In this document: piece after piece, positions 24,117 through 36,990 of the stretch
How positions within the stretch are numbered: the stretch's first letter is position 1
Layout: each line of letters starts with the position of its first letter
From: Moniliella sp. 'wahieum'
Taxonomy: Eukaryota
Assembly (NCBI GenBank): GCA_003971905.1
Contig: RSEE01000016.1
Location: forward strand, 186,001 to 250,000
DNA length: 64,000 nt
Direction: 5' to 3'
Notes under the pieces: generated by a model
Databases searched by the model: none
What the model was told of the DNA's origin: nothing
The model's input: only the letters and a program-made list of their open reading frames with translations
Made by a program: the position numbers and the translations under genes

Positions 24117-24755
24117 CACTATTACAACTCAGTGTGGCATCATACTGCCTTCAATGCCCCAAATCGCACTGCATAGACTAACAGCAGCGTGGCAGAGACC
24201 GACCCCGGTTGCAGAATCCCCTTTTTCACATCTCGGTGTATACCAGCAATCGTAACCATATGTGCTGATAGTGGGGCGGCACAGCCAGACACTGCTGTGG
24301 GCGCGATCATTAAGACACCGTGACAGCCGGACCCAATCCGATGGCAGGAGTCCTGAGGCCTGAGAGCCATTCAACGCAGCTTCTCAAGTTAGGCCTTGGG
24401 CCTTAGTCTTAGGGGTCTCTCTCATCAATCTTCTTTTAACACAATCACTACTGCTGCCAAGGAAGACAACCTTGGCGCATTACTATTACGTGTTCCACCC
24501 TTATAGTTTTGCTTTCAACCTTGAGATCTGAGATATCAATACGTTCAAAGTTCTACGTGCTCGACGTTCAACGTTCAACACAACGTATCGGCGTATTTCA
24601 ACGAGATGTCCTGCCCCGACAGCGAGGAACATTATGCATTAAGTCCGCGCTAAGCGCTAACCCCCCACACTAACTCGGTCTAATAGCCGCCCCATTCGGC
24701 CGACCGAGCCGCACTATTATAATGCTCTGATGGCCTTTGTCCGCAAATAACCCGG

Positions 24756-25005
24756 TGTCACATGTCACATGTCATGCATCGATGCATGTCACTGTTACCA
24801 AGCATCGCCCAAAAACCAGTGGTCATCGATCAAATGTCATACATCATACATCACACATCATGCATCAATTAGCTTCACTGCTTCAGTGACTAGCTAGAGT
24901 GACTAGTGACTAGTGACTAGTGACGCATGATGCAGATACTGCATGGTGCGTGGCGCGACACGCATCACCTGTCAGATCTGTCAGAGCCGTCACGCGTCAG
25001 CGCGC
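24756..25005. repeat. Heptamer palindrome array cluster, T(C/G)A + 4-bp palindrome
   Basis: tcacatgtcacatgtcatgcatc; gtgactagtgactagtgactagtgac; tcatcgatca; tcacgcgtca. Confidence 0.85.
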
Positions 25006-27575
25006 CGCGGCTGTAATTTATTTGTTTGGGGTACTACGTAAGTAAAGGGCCGAAGAAGTTGTCTTCATTGAACGGGGAAAAAAGTAGTGATGAGATATAG
25101 CCGGGTATGGGATAGCATAGCCAAAACCTCATTCATGCGTCATGCATGCATCACGGCTTCCTCTATCTTGCCTCTCTTTACTATCGCATGCACACAGGGT
25201 ATCTTATCATCGTCATGCCCCTCATATACATCTTCACCATCACGTCATGTGCACCTCCCTCTCCTCAGAGCCTCTCTGAGACTGCCTGATCCATTCGCGT
25301 GGAGTCCATATTCTCCGTGATACTGAGTCCCCAACAGAACAACTTTTGGGGTGATAAAAAAGGTACGCATCAATCCCCGGGCGATGGCATGTATCTCGTT
25401 CATGATGTTACCCATTGCCCCTCCTATTTGATTGTATAGCACACCGTATCTCTCTCTCGCACATACGTCGCGCTGTATCTAGTTTACGTGGGGGGTCCGC
25501 CCTGTGTTGGGATTCAAAATTAGGACAAAACACAGTATCAACTATGTGGGCCTTGACCGTAACTTAGTGTATAGCAGGGCTCCAGAGCCTCACACACACT
25601 ACTGCCAGGAACTTGCGACCGCTCTGCACTTCAAGCTTCAAGCTTCAAGCTTCAGTACAGTGCCAGTACTGGACACTGGATGTACTGAGTGTACTATATG
25701 AATCTTGGATCTCAAAGTGGCATGTGAGCGTGGGCAATGAACTTCAGTGTTATTGTTAGCGCAGTTGCACGTTGGTTGTGAGTGCTCAGGCTGAGCGCGC
25801 TGAGTAGAGATGTATTAAATACCTTTTGCTATACTAATAATACGTCTGGCCCAAACTTCATTCTTGAAAAGCTTTTGAAGAAGCTTGAAATTTGTGACGA
25901 TGCCGCGAATGCGACCGTATATAGTCCCTTCATTTTTGTCTGAAGCATGATCTGGTCATGATCCCAGTATATGTATTAGCAGCATGTATCTATGTGCACA
26001 TGCGTCATACGCTCTCTTTCTGTGGTTATCAATTGTGCTTTGGTTTATTCTATCAAGATTGAGAGCCTTAGTCTATAGCCAATGCTCTGTATCAGTGGTC
26101 TCTGTCGCAGGCCTAGCTAGCGATGCTGGCGATGATGGATGGAGATGGCATTCAAGAGCTAAGGAGAGCTAGAGCTATGGGCCTTGATAGGCTCCTGGCC
26201 TGGAGGCCAGTGGAAACCCGTGGAAGGGCCGGAACTCACTGCCCGGTGCGCTGTGTGCATCGGGCCACGTGTCACTGAAGGCCGATGGGCTCTAGACCAC
26301 TGGTGGTCAACAGTCTCTGTACCCTGTTGGGACACTAGTGCGGTGTGCCAAAGGCATAGCCGGACTCTGGCGCTCCCAGCCACTTCCATCCAGCGGCTAG
26401 CTCCGGTAGTTCCGCTCGGGCGGAAGTGTGGCTGGCCGACTAGCCTCCTTCTAGAAGCCCCGGCAGTCGTAGATCTTAGTCTTCTCTCTTCCACTCCCTC
26501 CTCCTCCTCCCTCTCCGCTACTCTCTACTATCGCTCACCAGCAATCAATCCCTATCGTCTATTGACCCCAGTTCTTGATTGCTGTCTCGCTTGGCGTCGG
26601 GATCCGGTCACATCAACCCCCAAGCATAAGAAGAGAGTAACAAAAAGCATGCTGCATATGGCAATAAAAGACAGCTGAACTGTTTTCTCCACCCGTTTAG
26701 GTGGCGCGTGACGGAAGTATTTTCGCTTATGCACGAGCTAGTGACTAGTGACAGTGGCTGACCGGCACATAGATAAACAAAACCGTCGAGATAGTGGATA
26801 CGCAGAGAGCGGGGATATGAGTTCTCTCTCAACCGTAAAATATAAAAGTATGGAGAAAAACGGAGGAGATTTGTTAATGATTTGGTGTATGATGCATAGT
26901 GATCGATGACATGTATCCTCCGAAGATCTGAGGATGTCTGAGGCTCTGACGCCTGACGCGCTGAACATCCTGAGGCCTGGTGCATCATGATACATGATGT
27001 GCATGACGCCTATAAGGCCTCAGACCTCACTGAGGCCTCAGGCTTGGCGCTGCCGTTGAGTCGGAACAATGCCAGTACGTCGCATCATGCATGGTGCATC
27101 ATGCATCGTAAATCGCTGTCACGTCGTCACTAGTGGGCTGCCCCCTCAGTTCAGGCCTCAAGGTACGCAGGCGTACAGACCAACTCTGGGTGAGGAGGTG
27201 GGATGTGCCTGGACAGTGCCTGGACCTGGCCGTGGGGTTTGCTCTGGTCTGGTGTAGTGCATGGCGGGATGTGCGGCGTGCAGCACGCGGCCAGTCGTGA
27301 CGCTTGACGCAAGTCGGCCCGTCCTTCGCCGCGTGGGCCACCCACGGATTTTCGGTCTGGCCGGGACTGGTTAGTATTCACTAGTGACTACGTTCACTGA
27401 GCTCAATACTCAATGTTCCCTACTCTATGGCTTGCAAGCTTCTGAATGCTGGTACATCCACTTTTTTGTATAAAAAACAAAGTCTTCCCCCTCCATTTGC
27501 TTGTCTGTTTCGTTAACCCAACCACAGCCAGCAGCTACCCTGTGCTCCCCCTTCGAGCGCTTCATCTTCTACATC

Positions 27576-29243
27576 ATGCATTCCGAACAGGACCCCTCTG
27601 TCCCTCCCCCGAACACTTCAGGCGACGAGTACTCCCCCCCGGAGAAGACTGTGCCTTCTTCTTCCATTGATCTGCCCAGCAGCAAGGGCGATCGCCAAGA
27701 GGTGACGAACTATGCCATGCCCTTGGAGGATGTGAAAGAGACCTCTGACGAGGAGGAGGCGGACGTGTTCACAGGAGGCAATGTGAACTTCCGTACCATG
27801 TCCTGGTAAGTACCCCATGCCCTCTGGTTTGTCTCCAGGAGGATAGCTCAACCATGGCTCAAGTGCTTAGGAGGTTATATTAACCCCAATACATGTTCTT
27901 CCAAAAAAACAGGCCCTCAGCTGCAGTTCTGATCGCCAAGTTCCAATTTGGTATCGGTGTTCTTTCAATTCCTTCGACATTCTCTTCGCTGGGTTTCGTC
28001 CCTGGTCTCTTCTCGCTCTTTATTATTCGGCCATCACCACCTATGGAGGGGTTATCATCGGCACACTGCGTCAACGGCATCCCAACATCCACACTGTTTC
28101 GGATTTGGGCCTGATTTTGGGTGGTAAGGTCTTGCGTGACATCTTTGGTGTGGCATATTGGATCTTGGTCGTTCTCACTGCCGGATCAGGCATCCTTACT
28201 GCTTCTATTGCCCTTCAGAATATCTCAGCAGGCCATGGTATCTGCACATTGGGCTACTCAGGTGTGGTAGCCGCTGCTGCGCTAGTCTTGGGTTGGGCCA
28301 GGGAGATGCCAAAATTGCGTATGCTGGCTGGGTGGGGATGATTTGCGTGTTCGCCTCCGTCATGGTCCTCACCATTGCCGTGTTGGTACGTGACCGGCCC
28401 GCAAGCGCTCCCCCAGGCCCAGTGCACAAGAAGTCAAAGTCATCAACCACGCTGATTTTTACGTGGCCGTTTCGGCAGTGGCAAACCATGTCTTCTCTCT
28501 CTTGGCCAACGTCACTTCTACTCTATTGGGGCTGAGATGAAGAATCCTAAGGACTTCCCCAAGGCTGTCTTGGCCGGGCAGAGCTTCGTGATTGTATGCT
28601 ACGTCTTTGTCGGCTGTGCCGTCTACGCTAAGTGGGGCAGTACATTGCCAGTCCTGCACTAGGATCGGCTGGCTCGTTTCCGCAAGCTTTGCTACTCGAT
28701 GGCTCTTCCTGGCTTGATTGTCTCTGTGATCATTTACACCCACATTGGCGCCAAATGGGTCTTCGTCCGTGCGCTACGTGGCACGCCCCATCTAACCAAC
28801 TCTGGGGTTGTTCACTGGACTACTTGGGTTGGTTCCTACACCGGCTGCCTAATCCTCGCCTGGGTTCTAGCCTGTGCCGTTCCTATCTTTGACGATCTCC
28901 TCGGTTTGATTGCGCAACGGTCGGCTCGTTGTTCAGTATTGTCATCACGGGGGTTACGGCATTCTACCTGCTCTCATCGAAGGAGACCGAGAAGCAAGGA
29001 CGGATGGCATGGATAGGTCAGCATGGAAAAATGGCCTGTCTTCGCCACTGAAGATGATTGTTCTTACATTGCCTTCCTAATCATGGCAGGCGGTATTTTC
29101 CTTATGGGGGAGGGGTCTACGCGGAGGCGGAGTCCCTCGTGCATGTGTACCGTAACCATGAGGCTGGCAAGCCATTTGCTTGCGATAAGCCCACTATAGT
29201 TTTTCGAACCCTCGCATATATGTGGTCGGATGGTCGAGATTGA
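27576..29243 (+). CDS. Amino acid transporter, AAAP/Aa_trans family (Mtr-like neutral amino acid permease); frameshifted; 3' end approximate
   Basis: VNFRTMSW then intron donor GTAAGT at ~27806; LIAKFQFGIGVLSIPSTFSSLGFVPG; EMKNPKDFPKA; GQYIASPALGSAG; AWVLACAVPIFDDLLGLI; KPFAC. Confidence 0.88.
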
Positions 29244-29338
29244 TGGTATAATTAGCTCCTCTTCTGTGGTATTTTTTTCTTCCCCGACTTTATTCCCTTT
29301 CACTTCTGTATTAAAGTATAACTGTACTTCTCGGCATA

Positions 29339-30108
29339 TGTTACATCAACTCATCCATCATTCTTCTAGTATCCGTTGGATAAGTGCAGTAATAGTAATG
29401 AGGAGAGACTATATGGAGAGACCGGAAATCTCTTGATATGCTGGTATGGGGAATCGAAGCGGTTGAAGGGAGGATTGCGTGCTGGACGGATGGAGAGCTG
29501 TTGGAGACGAAAGGTCGCGAAGGATACGGAGGCTAAGCGGATGAGGAGGGAGAGGAGGCTGCCTGTACTGAGATCAATTGGCTGGATAACGGGAAGGAGA
29601 GCTGACAGGTTATAGGAGGAAGGACGAGAAGGATACAGAGGAGGAGATGAGAAAGGACGAGATGAGAGAGAGAGGACGAGAGGTGACATGGAGAAGGTTA
29701 GAGAGGACGAAAATAGAAGGGTGGGGAAAAGATCCCCACCACTCAGGGGTACAGGCTAGATCAAAAGGGAAAACGGATTATACAATAGGGGGGTGTAGAA
29801 AGGTGGACACGCCAAAAGAGGGTGGTTTTTGAGCAGGCGTAACAGAGAAAGGAAAAGGAAGCAGTGACGGAGGCGACAGTCAGGCAAACATAGGAGCTTG
29901 GTGGCATTATTTACGCCATCCAGGACTTGGGCGGGGGGGGCGGACGATCCTAGCGCGGACGCATATGGCCACACTTGGGCCACCATACCTGATTTAACCA
30001 ACCATCCTCAACTTGTTTGGACTTCAGGGTGGGCGCTCTACTGGGCATGTGCAGAGCAGGCGGTCTTAGCTTGGATCGGACCATCTCGATCCAACTCAGC
30101 CCGTAACA
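29339..30108. mobile_element. Second, diverged solo LTR of the same family as 23271-24116; left end tentative
   Basis: Shared blocks (ctgcctgtactg..atcaattggctgga, gaaaagatcccc, ctctactgggcatgtgc, cggaccatctcg, cagcccgtRaca); TGTTAC..GTAACA ends; TSD imperfect. Confidence 0.75.
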
Positions 30109-30794
30109 ATATATATGCGGTTTCATTGTCGTAGTACTAGTACAATATATAGAGGAGACGCCGGAAGGGCAGCTCTTCCTTCTCGACTCCGTTCTACAGC
30201 AACACTGTCTCCAGTCGGGGAAACCACGCCGTTCAAATGGGCAGATGGTATCTATGTTGTTACTCAGGGGCGCATACGTACTACAGTCCAGTGCCCGACG
30301 AGACAACGAGGAAGGAGACGAGGGAAAAATCCTAATACCGTCACGTGCGAGGAGTGTGAAAAGCCGAACGAATACACAAAAAGGGGTTATAATAGCAGTT
30401 GACAGAGGGACGAATGGAGGACCAGATAAGTCAAGGGTGATCAGACGTAAAGACGAGGGAAGACAATCAAAAGCTTCAAGGACGACTGAGCGATGAACGT
30501 ATGAACACCCGTCTCGTTTTTGTTCCCAAACCTCTCGGGTCCAAACGTAAACTCTATGCAGCCATATGGCCTTAGAGCCCCAATGGCACTAGGCCACTGA
30601 CAGCAGGTGCTTCCGAAATGAAGCACGATAAAAACTTTCACATGTGCGTATGGCGCCGCGCTCCAATTTCAAAACGTTACCACCATCATCAACCGCGTTG
30701 CTTTCATTTCACCTCTGGGCCACGCACGCAACAAGCTTGACACAGCCATCCACCATCAACTGCATCAACAGCCAGAAGCCCTCTCTCTTCAATC

Positions 30795-32774
30795 ATGCCG
30801 AGCAAGCGTTCCGCTGCTGCTCCCCCCACCAGGGTAACAAGCGGGCATGCACCCATGTGGGAAACGATCAAACCTCGAGAGGAGTGCGTACTCGTCGCCA
30901 ACTGCTCGACAACCCCGACTCGGAATCGGGCAGTGAGAGCGGTTCTGAGTCTGAGGCAGCCGAAACCTCGGACAACCAACAAGCCGGAAAGGCGGAGAAA
31001 ACTCTCCGCTCTCCCCCCGAGCACGTCGAGGCATGGTGTTGGCCAGGCCAAGTTGCAAATCAAATCCGCTCTAAGAGCTCCCCACACAACGAGAAGGGCC
31101 AACACACACTTGACGGTCTTTTTTCTGCTTGCTGAGGGGAGAGAGAGTAAACTCGGCCATGCTCCTCGGTCACATGGGACGGGAAAAACTTCGGTACGTA
31201 TCGATCTTGCATTCTAGTTAATCCAGCTAATTGATAGCCAGGCAATTCAAGCTGCGATTGAGCCAAGACGAAGTAAGCTCACGTCGTGCGACTGCACTCG
31301 ACACTCCATCCCAACGACAAAGTCGCGGTGCGTGAGTTGGTGCGGCAGTTGGTTACTGTAGGCGCCTTGGCTGAGCTCTATGCTCAGGACTTGGCCGACT
31401 TCGACGATGAGATTCCGGCTGCCGACTCCCAGGGGGGGAAGAGGAGGAGGGGAGGAACTAGAAGAAGAAGAATCCGACGATTCTCCCCTGGAATCGGACG
31501 ACGAAGAGGTCGCGCACATGACCAAGCTGCGCCAGAAGCGGCAGCAGGCCCGTGAGGCGGCTGCAAGGCCGCCGCAGAAGACTCAATCCTTGCATCGGTG
31601 TCCACTGCTACCGCCATCTACTCTCTCTCTTGGCCAAGCCCGCTGCAGAGGCAAACCGATAAGGACAAAAAACCGATTGTGATTGTGCTAGACAATATGG
31701 ACGAGTTTGCACTTCGACCCAAGCAGGCACTTCTTTATGTCCTGTTGGATGCAGTACAGGCCTCCTCCTATCCACCTGGCTTGTGATTTTGGCCACCTCT
31801 ACAAGGGGGGACACTTTGGACCTCCTCGAGAAGAGAGTCAAGTCACGATTTTCTCATCGAGTGGTGCATATGCGTCCACCGGCTGACCTTGCAGCCTACA
31901 CATCTCTGTTCAAGGGTTTGCTCACCTTGGACTTAGACATCAAATCTCGCGGCGACAGCCCAGAGGATGGAATACGTTTGCCAAAGCATGGAACGAGAAG
32001 GTGAAGGAAATTGTTGACCATGTGTACGTTTCAAGCTTTACTCGCTATCATATGGAAACTTCGTGGGACATGCGTACCTTGGGAACTACCATTCTGTGCG
32101 CAATGGCCATGCTTTCCTCACCCCTTCCAACTGCTGGACTGTTGGCTCGTTCCCTGGTCTTAGGGGACGCTAGGGGAAAGGAGGCTCTGTTACGTACCCT
32201 TTCTGTACCCGAGAGCACGCTACTTGCTGCAGCCTTGCGAGTCTCTCACGTCCGGGGACAAGAAACGTTTACTCTCGCCATGCTTCAAGCCGAGCTTGCT
32301 TCATATCTGCCTCCTGACCGGAAACGAGTCAAGACCGGGATTTCCAGCATGGCAGTCCTTAGATACCTATCAGAGTCTCCTTTCTCTTTCTCTCTTTATT
32401 CCCGCTACTGTGGCGAACAATCTCTCGGATCTGCCCAACCTGGTGGCGTGGGTGCCACCTGTCGTTGTGGGGGCACACGTGGGGCAAAGGCCGGGCCGAT
32501 GCCACTGCTTTTCCTTCCCACTAGGCTCGCTGTTCTCCCCCGTGACCTCATCTCCTCCCTTTCAGATGAGAGAAGAGAAGAGTTCCGCTTGATCAGAGAT
32601 TGGTCAAGTGGGCCCAAAAGAAAATCGATTAATGCACCGCTCACGTGGCGCTGTGAACATTTGCAGTGGGAGGGGCCAGTAGATGAGCACACTGAGTGTA
32701 ATATACCACCGTTAACATGGCTAACCGGAACACCCACATCTGGCTTGTTGCGACCCGGTGATTGCACTGCATAG
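30795..32774 (+). CDS. ORC4: Origin recognition complex subunit 4; frameshifted; 3' end approximate
   Basis: Walker A-like LLGHMGxGKT, NDKVAVRELVRQL, PIVIVLDNMDEFALRPKQALLYVLLD, DLLEKRVKSRFSHR. Confidence 0.9.
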
Positions 32775-33147
32775 CTCCTGATTCAGGCCATAATAATACC
32801 ATTTGCAAACCGTAAGTACAAAAATATATAGCAAAAAGCTTCGTCTCCCGTGGACTCGCTCATGCTTAAGCTCTGTCAATGATATGGATTCAAATGGAAA
32901 GAAGATTAAAAGATGTGGAGCTGACTTTCGAACATACTTTGCGAAGCCAATACCAATGACCAGGGTCGCGATCATCCGGAAAGGGTTCAAAATCATACAT
33001 TGCCAGACCTATCAAAACAGCACTGGCGTTCAACGTACGTCCAATGTTCACCACGCTCAATCACCAGGGAAGCGTAGAGGTTTAGAGGTTGTTCGCTTCA
33101 GCCTCGGGGGAAAATGCTTCGACATACACAAAATATTGAAAAAAAGT

Positions 33148-33234
33148 TTCCCCGACCGGGAGTCGAACCCGGGTCTTGACGGAACTCCGCTGATGAGCTG
33201 AGAGCGTACATCATAGCCGTTGGACCATCGAGGA
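33148..33234 (-). tRNA. tRNA-Glu (anticodon CTC) with ~16-nt intron (33183-33198)
   Basis: Acceptor TCCTCGA/TCGGGGA, D-arm TGGTCCAACGG, CT-CTC-A loop, T-arm CCGGGTTCGACTCCCGG, downstream T7 Pol III terminator; anticodon stem imperfect. Confidence 0.85.
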
Positions 33235-36200
33235 GTATAGCAAGTGAATTTAAAGGATCTTCCTCTCTTTCGCTAAGCCGCCAAACCGCCCTTCTTTATA
33301 TACCAGGGGAAAGGAGGTTGGAGAGCCGAGAATTGCGATATCACCCCAACATAGAGCAATCGTCTCTCCGTGGTTCTTTCCTCTACGTCTCTATTCTGGG
33401 CCTATAGTCTCGCATTATGTCTTTGAGCCACGTCATTATCGCAGCGCATTCAGCTCAGCGCTCAGACTCAGCCCCCAGGCTCAGCTCTCTGTCCCAATAA
33501 AACCGTTGGAGAGAGACGCAAGCCGATATGGGGTACACGATGGGTTAATCCAGATCCCTTTCAGAGGGCGATGTGGGAAGCTTGGCAACAAAATCCCTGA
33601 GGGCAATGCACCTGTTGCAGGACGATGGATGGGAGGATGAGGGCGAGTAGTCGATCACCACAAGGAGGTGCCTTATCTGCGGCTGTCCTCCGGTAACTGA
33701 GAGGATGATATAATAGCTACTACACTTTCCAAGCTAAAAGGACAAGATATCTCGCACTGTGAACGGCGGAAACATCGCAGAGATAGCTTCTTGTAAAAAA
33801 GCTCGCGAGACGCTAATCCGGTCTTTTGAGTGCATCAGGAAGAAAAAGATGAAGGAGGGAAGCGAGGCGCAACGGTACTCAACCCGGAGGGCGAGAGTGG
33901 CGGGACGCTGCACAGCCAGTTCCGCTTACCAGCGACTTGGCCGATAATGCCATACGAAGTGAGGTCACATGGGACCACACTCCAATAACAGACTGTGATG
34001 ATCATGATTGTCTTTCTATCACAGGAACGGGAATGGGAGGGGTGTCTTGTCTCGGCAGAGGACGTCCGACTGGGCGATCCCCTCTCCTCATCGTTTTCTT
34101 CTCCATCGCAGTGCTGCCCACTTTTAAGAGAAGTTGCAGGATACACTCTGGTGGGGCAGGAAGGCCATGTAATGGCGTATATACCTGGGCGGCATTATTA
34201 CCCTTTTGGGACGAAAGACAGGCTTTACCAGCCGAGCTGCCAGAATTTTGAAGGAGAAGAAGACACGTTACAGACCTCACCCTCAGTCTGCCAAAGTTCG
34301 TTGAAGGACCGGGACAGATCCGGAAGAAGGGACTCAAGGTCCTGTGGGTCAAGATGTGTGAGAGTAGAGGAGAGGATTGTCGCGGAACGTGGTTCCCGAG
34401 ACCAACTGGCCACACAGCCTGAGTCAGGACATATGCTCAAGTTTGATCGCATCACTCGTCAGGGACGCTCTTACACTATGGAGCAGTACAGCACTCAGAA
34501 AAGGTGTGCCGTCTGCTCTGTACCATGCAGATAGATAGCTGAGGACGAGCGCAGAGTTCAGACGGGTCTTGTCACCGAATGACTAAACTCGCTCCAATTC
34601 CAATTCTGCATCCTGTTTCTCTCGCTCTTCCTCTTGCCAAATGCCTTCTGTTTCCTCCCACGAACGATCTTGCCTTTCCCCCCACCTCGGACAGGACCTT
34701 GGTCTCCCTCGTTTAGTCCCGACTGTTACAGGTCTGGAGCAATGAGAACCCCAAACGGCACGAAGGGCGTACTTTGACATGAGTGTCATGAGCCTGCTTG
34801 CCCGGAGGAGGATGCGGCAGCCCGCATTACTCGCATGATATTGCGGCCCACGTACGTGCTGCGACTAACGAGGTCAACAACTATCCTAGAACCCTTTAGT
34901 TGGCCCCTCGGAAGTACGCACCACGAACGTATTTACAACTCAGCGCAAGCGCTGTTCGGGAGATGTGGGAGCAGAGCTGCACAGGAACTGTTCCAGAAGC
35001 TTGACGTTGCTGTAGTGCTCAACTACACTTGACTCTCCTCTATTCCATCAGCCACGTGCCTCCGGTTCACCAAGACAAGCAGGTTTAAGTTCCCCCATCA
35101 CAGCTCTGCACTCGCTGTGCCGTTCCACGCGCAGCATTGCATGTGCAAGTATGTTGGCGTGCTTGGGGGCACATCATGATTTGCACCCTAACCCAGTCCA
35201 AGTTTGATGCATTGCATCAGGGAGTGCGGGTGCCCATTCTTCAGTTCGTATGCCCTCCATCCCCGACACCCACATTCACAATGAACCGACTGTGGAGAGG
35301 AAGGATGAAACGATGAGGCATGAGATCTGAGATCTGATCGATCTGAAAGAAGGCAAAATGCGTACTGAGTACTGTTGATGACAGAGAGTGATGCGACCTG
35401 GGGCAATGCGAGGATCAGAAATGGAGGTGGACCACACGTTGCGGGACTCGGGAACGCAGGAGCGATGTTTGCGTACCGGAGGGTGGTGCATGAGAGCACT
35501 CCAACGCTTTTGGAATCCCGGGAGAAGAAGCTGCTTCGGCAGCGGGAACAAACAGAATGCGACAAGAACAGAATTCTTCCCTTTCGTTCTCTGACGACGC
35601 GACGGTACTATGCCCCCAAAGACGGCGAGCAAGATGTTTGGGCACTGGAGAGACTTAACAATTGCTGAGTCTCACTGGAGATGGTTCTCCGCTCGGATGT
35701 CTACAATACTGTCAGACTCACATCGTGCTAGAGAAGGACCCTTGCCCCACTAGGCCCGTATTATGGCACTATGGCGTGATTCCTAACAGTTGCAGGAGAT
35801 TCTGTGTCCACCTCTCGACCGTGTCCCCTTCCTTCTGAGGTACATGTACCTCCAGTCCGTCCATAGATGTATCCAATCCATCTGCTCCCTTACCTCTTCC
35901 ATCTCATGTTTCCTGGCATCTACCCCGTTCATTCGTATCCACACACGCGCTCTAGTAGTACCTCGGGTATGGACACAGATGGCGCGCACCAGAGGGCCCT
36001 GTGATCTGCTGGCGATTCCCCTGGTTCCCTAAACGGGTTTGGCACCAACAAGCAACATACGCCGAGCGAGGAACTAGGTTATAGGCGCAGCGCGTTTCTT
36101 TGTCCCAGCCTAAGCTCTGTCCAAGCGATATGGTTACCATAGTGACTGGCTAGCGGGGTGTCTCTGGGGGGGGTGCATGGGTAGTGAGTACTGAGTGGGG

Positions 36201-36794
36201 TGCCCGTTGCCCGTTACAGAGGCCGTTTCCATGTTAGTAGTTACTGGATGAGAGTTTGCGACGTTTGCGAGGGAGCAACTTGTGGGTTGCGGGGGTGTGC
36301 GTGACGCGCGCGTCATGGGTTGCGGGTTTTAGTGAGATCCGAGATACAAATGGCTTACTGCGCTATAGTGCAGCTATAGTGCATAGTGACCAAGCAGGAA
36401 AGTTGAAACGGTCGAGGGCTGCGGGTGGAATTAATTGGCATAAATATCAGATATCAGAGCTCAGGCGCTCAGGCGCTCAAATATCATGTGAGACACATGG
36501 GGTTGTAGGCTGGACTGGTGCTGGCATTGCAGGAAAAACTCGGCGAGTAGCTCGCGAAGGGAGGGCGTTAGCATGGTTAGCACCAGCACGGGGGCAGGTT
36601 GTGCTGTTCCCCGCTTGCAGACCAATTCGCATGGGCCAATCCGCACTGTCCCTATGCTGATTGAAATGGGCGCATGGTGCTTGTGTGTGTGACATACGTT
36701 ACCAGAGAAGGCTGTGTGGGTGGTGTCGTGCCGTGCGGCTGAAACCGTACCCGGAAGGTACGCATATACGAGAGGCAAGGGGTTCGTGAGGACC

Positions 36795-36990
36795 GAGTAC
36801 TCGGTGTAACGTGTACTCATGTTCAACGTTCAACGTTCAACTGAGTACTCAGGCTGAGTACCTGAGTATGCTAAACGTACGTACTGAACGTCTTGAACGT
36901 TGATAATTTGATCGAGATCGCGGTTGGCGCGTGTTGATGCATGATGCATGATGCAATGATGCATGATGCGCAACATGTAACATGTGACCT
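36795..36990. repeat. Heptamer palindrome array cluster
   Basis: ttcaacgttcaacgttcaa; ctgagtactcag; tgaacgttga; tgatgcatgatgcatgatgca. Confidence 0.85.

Noticed and set aside
26103..26612. LTR-like segment (TG...CA, pyrimidine-rich tract)
   Set aside because: No matching terminal repeats or TSD could be established.
23271..30108. One full-length LTR retrotransposon spanning both LTRs
   Set aside because: The first LTR has its own TSD, the LTRs are well diverged, and the interior holds a host transporter rather than gag/pol.
33500..36100. Short ORFs between the tRNA and the ATPase
   Set aside because: No recognisable motifs or consistent strand, so I cannot support a gene call.
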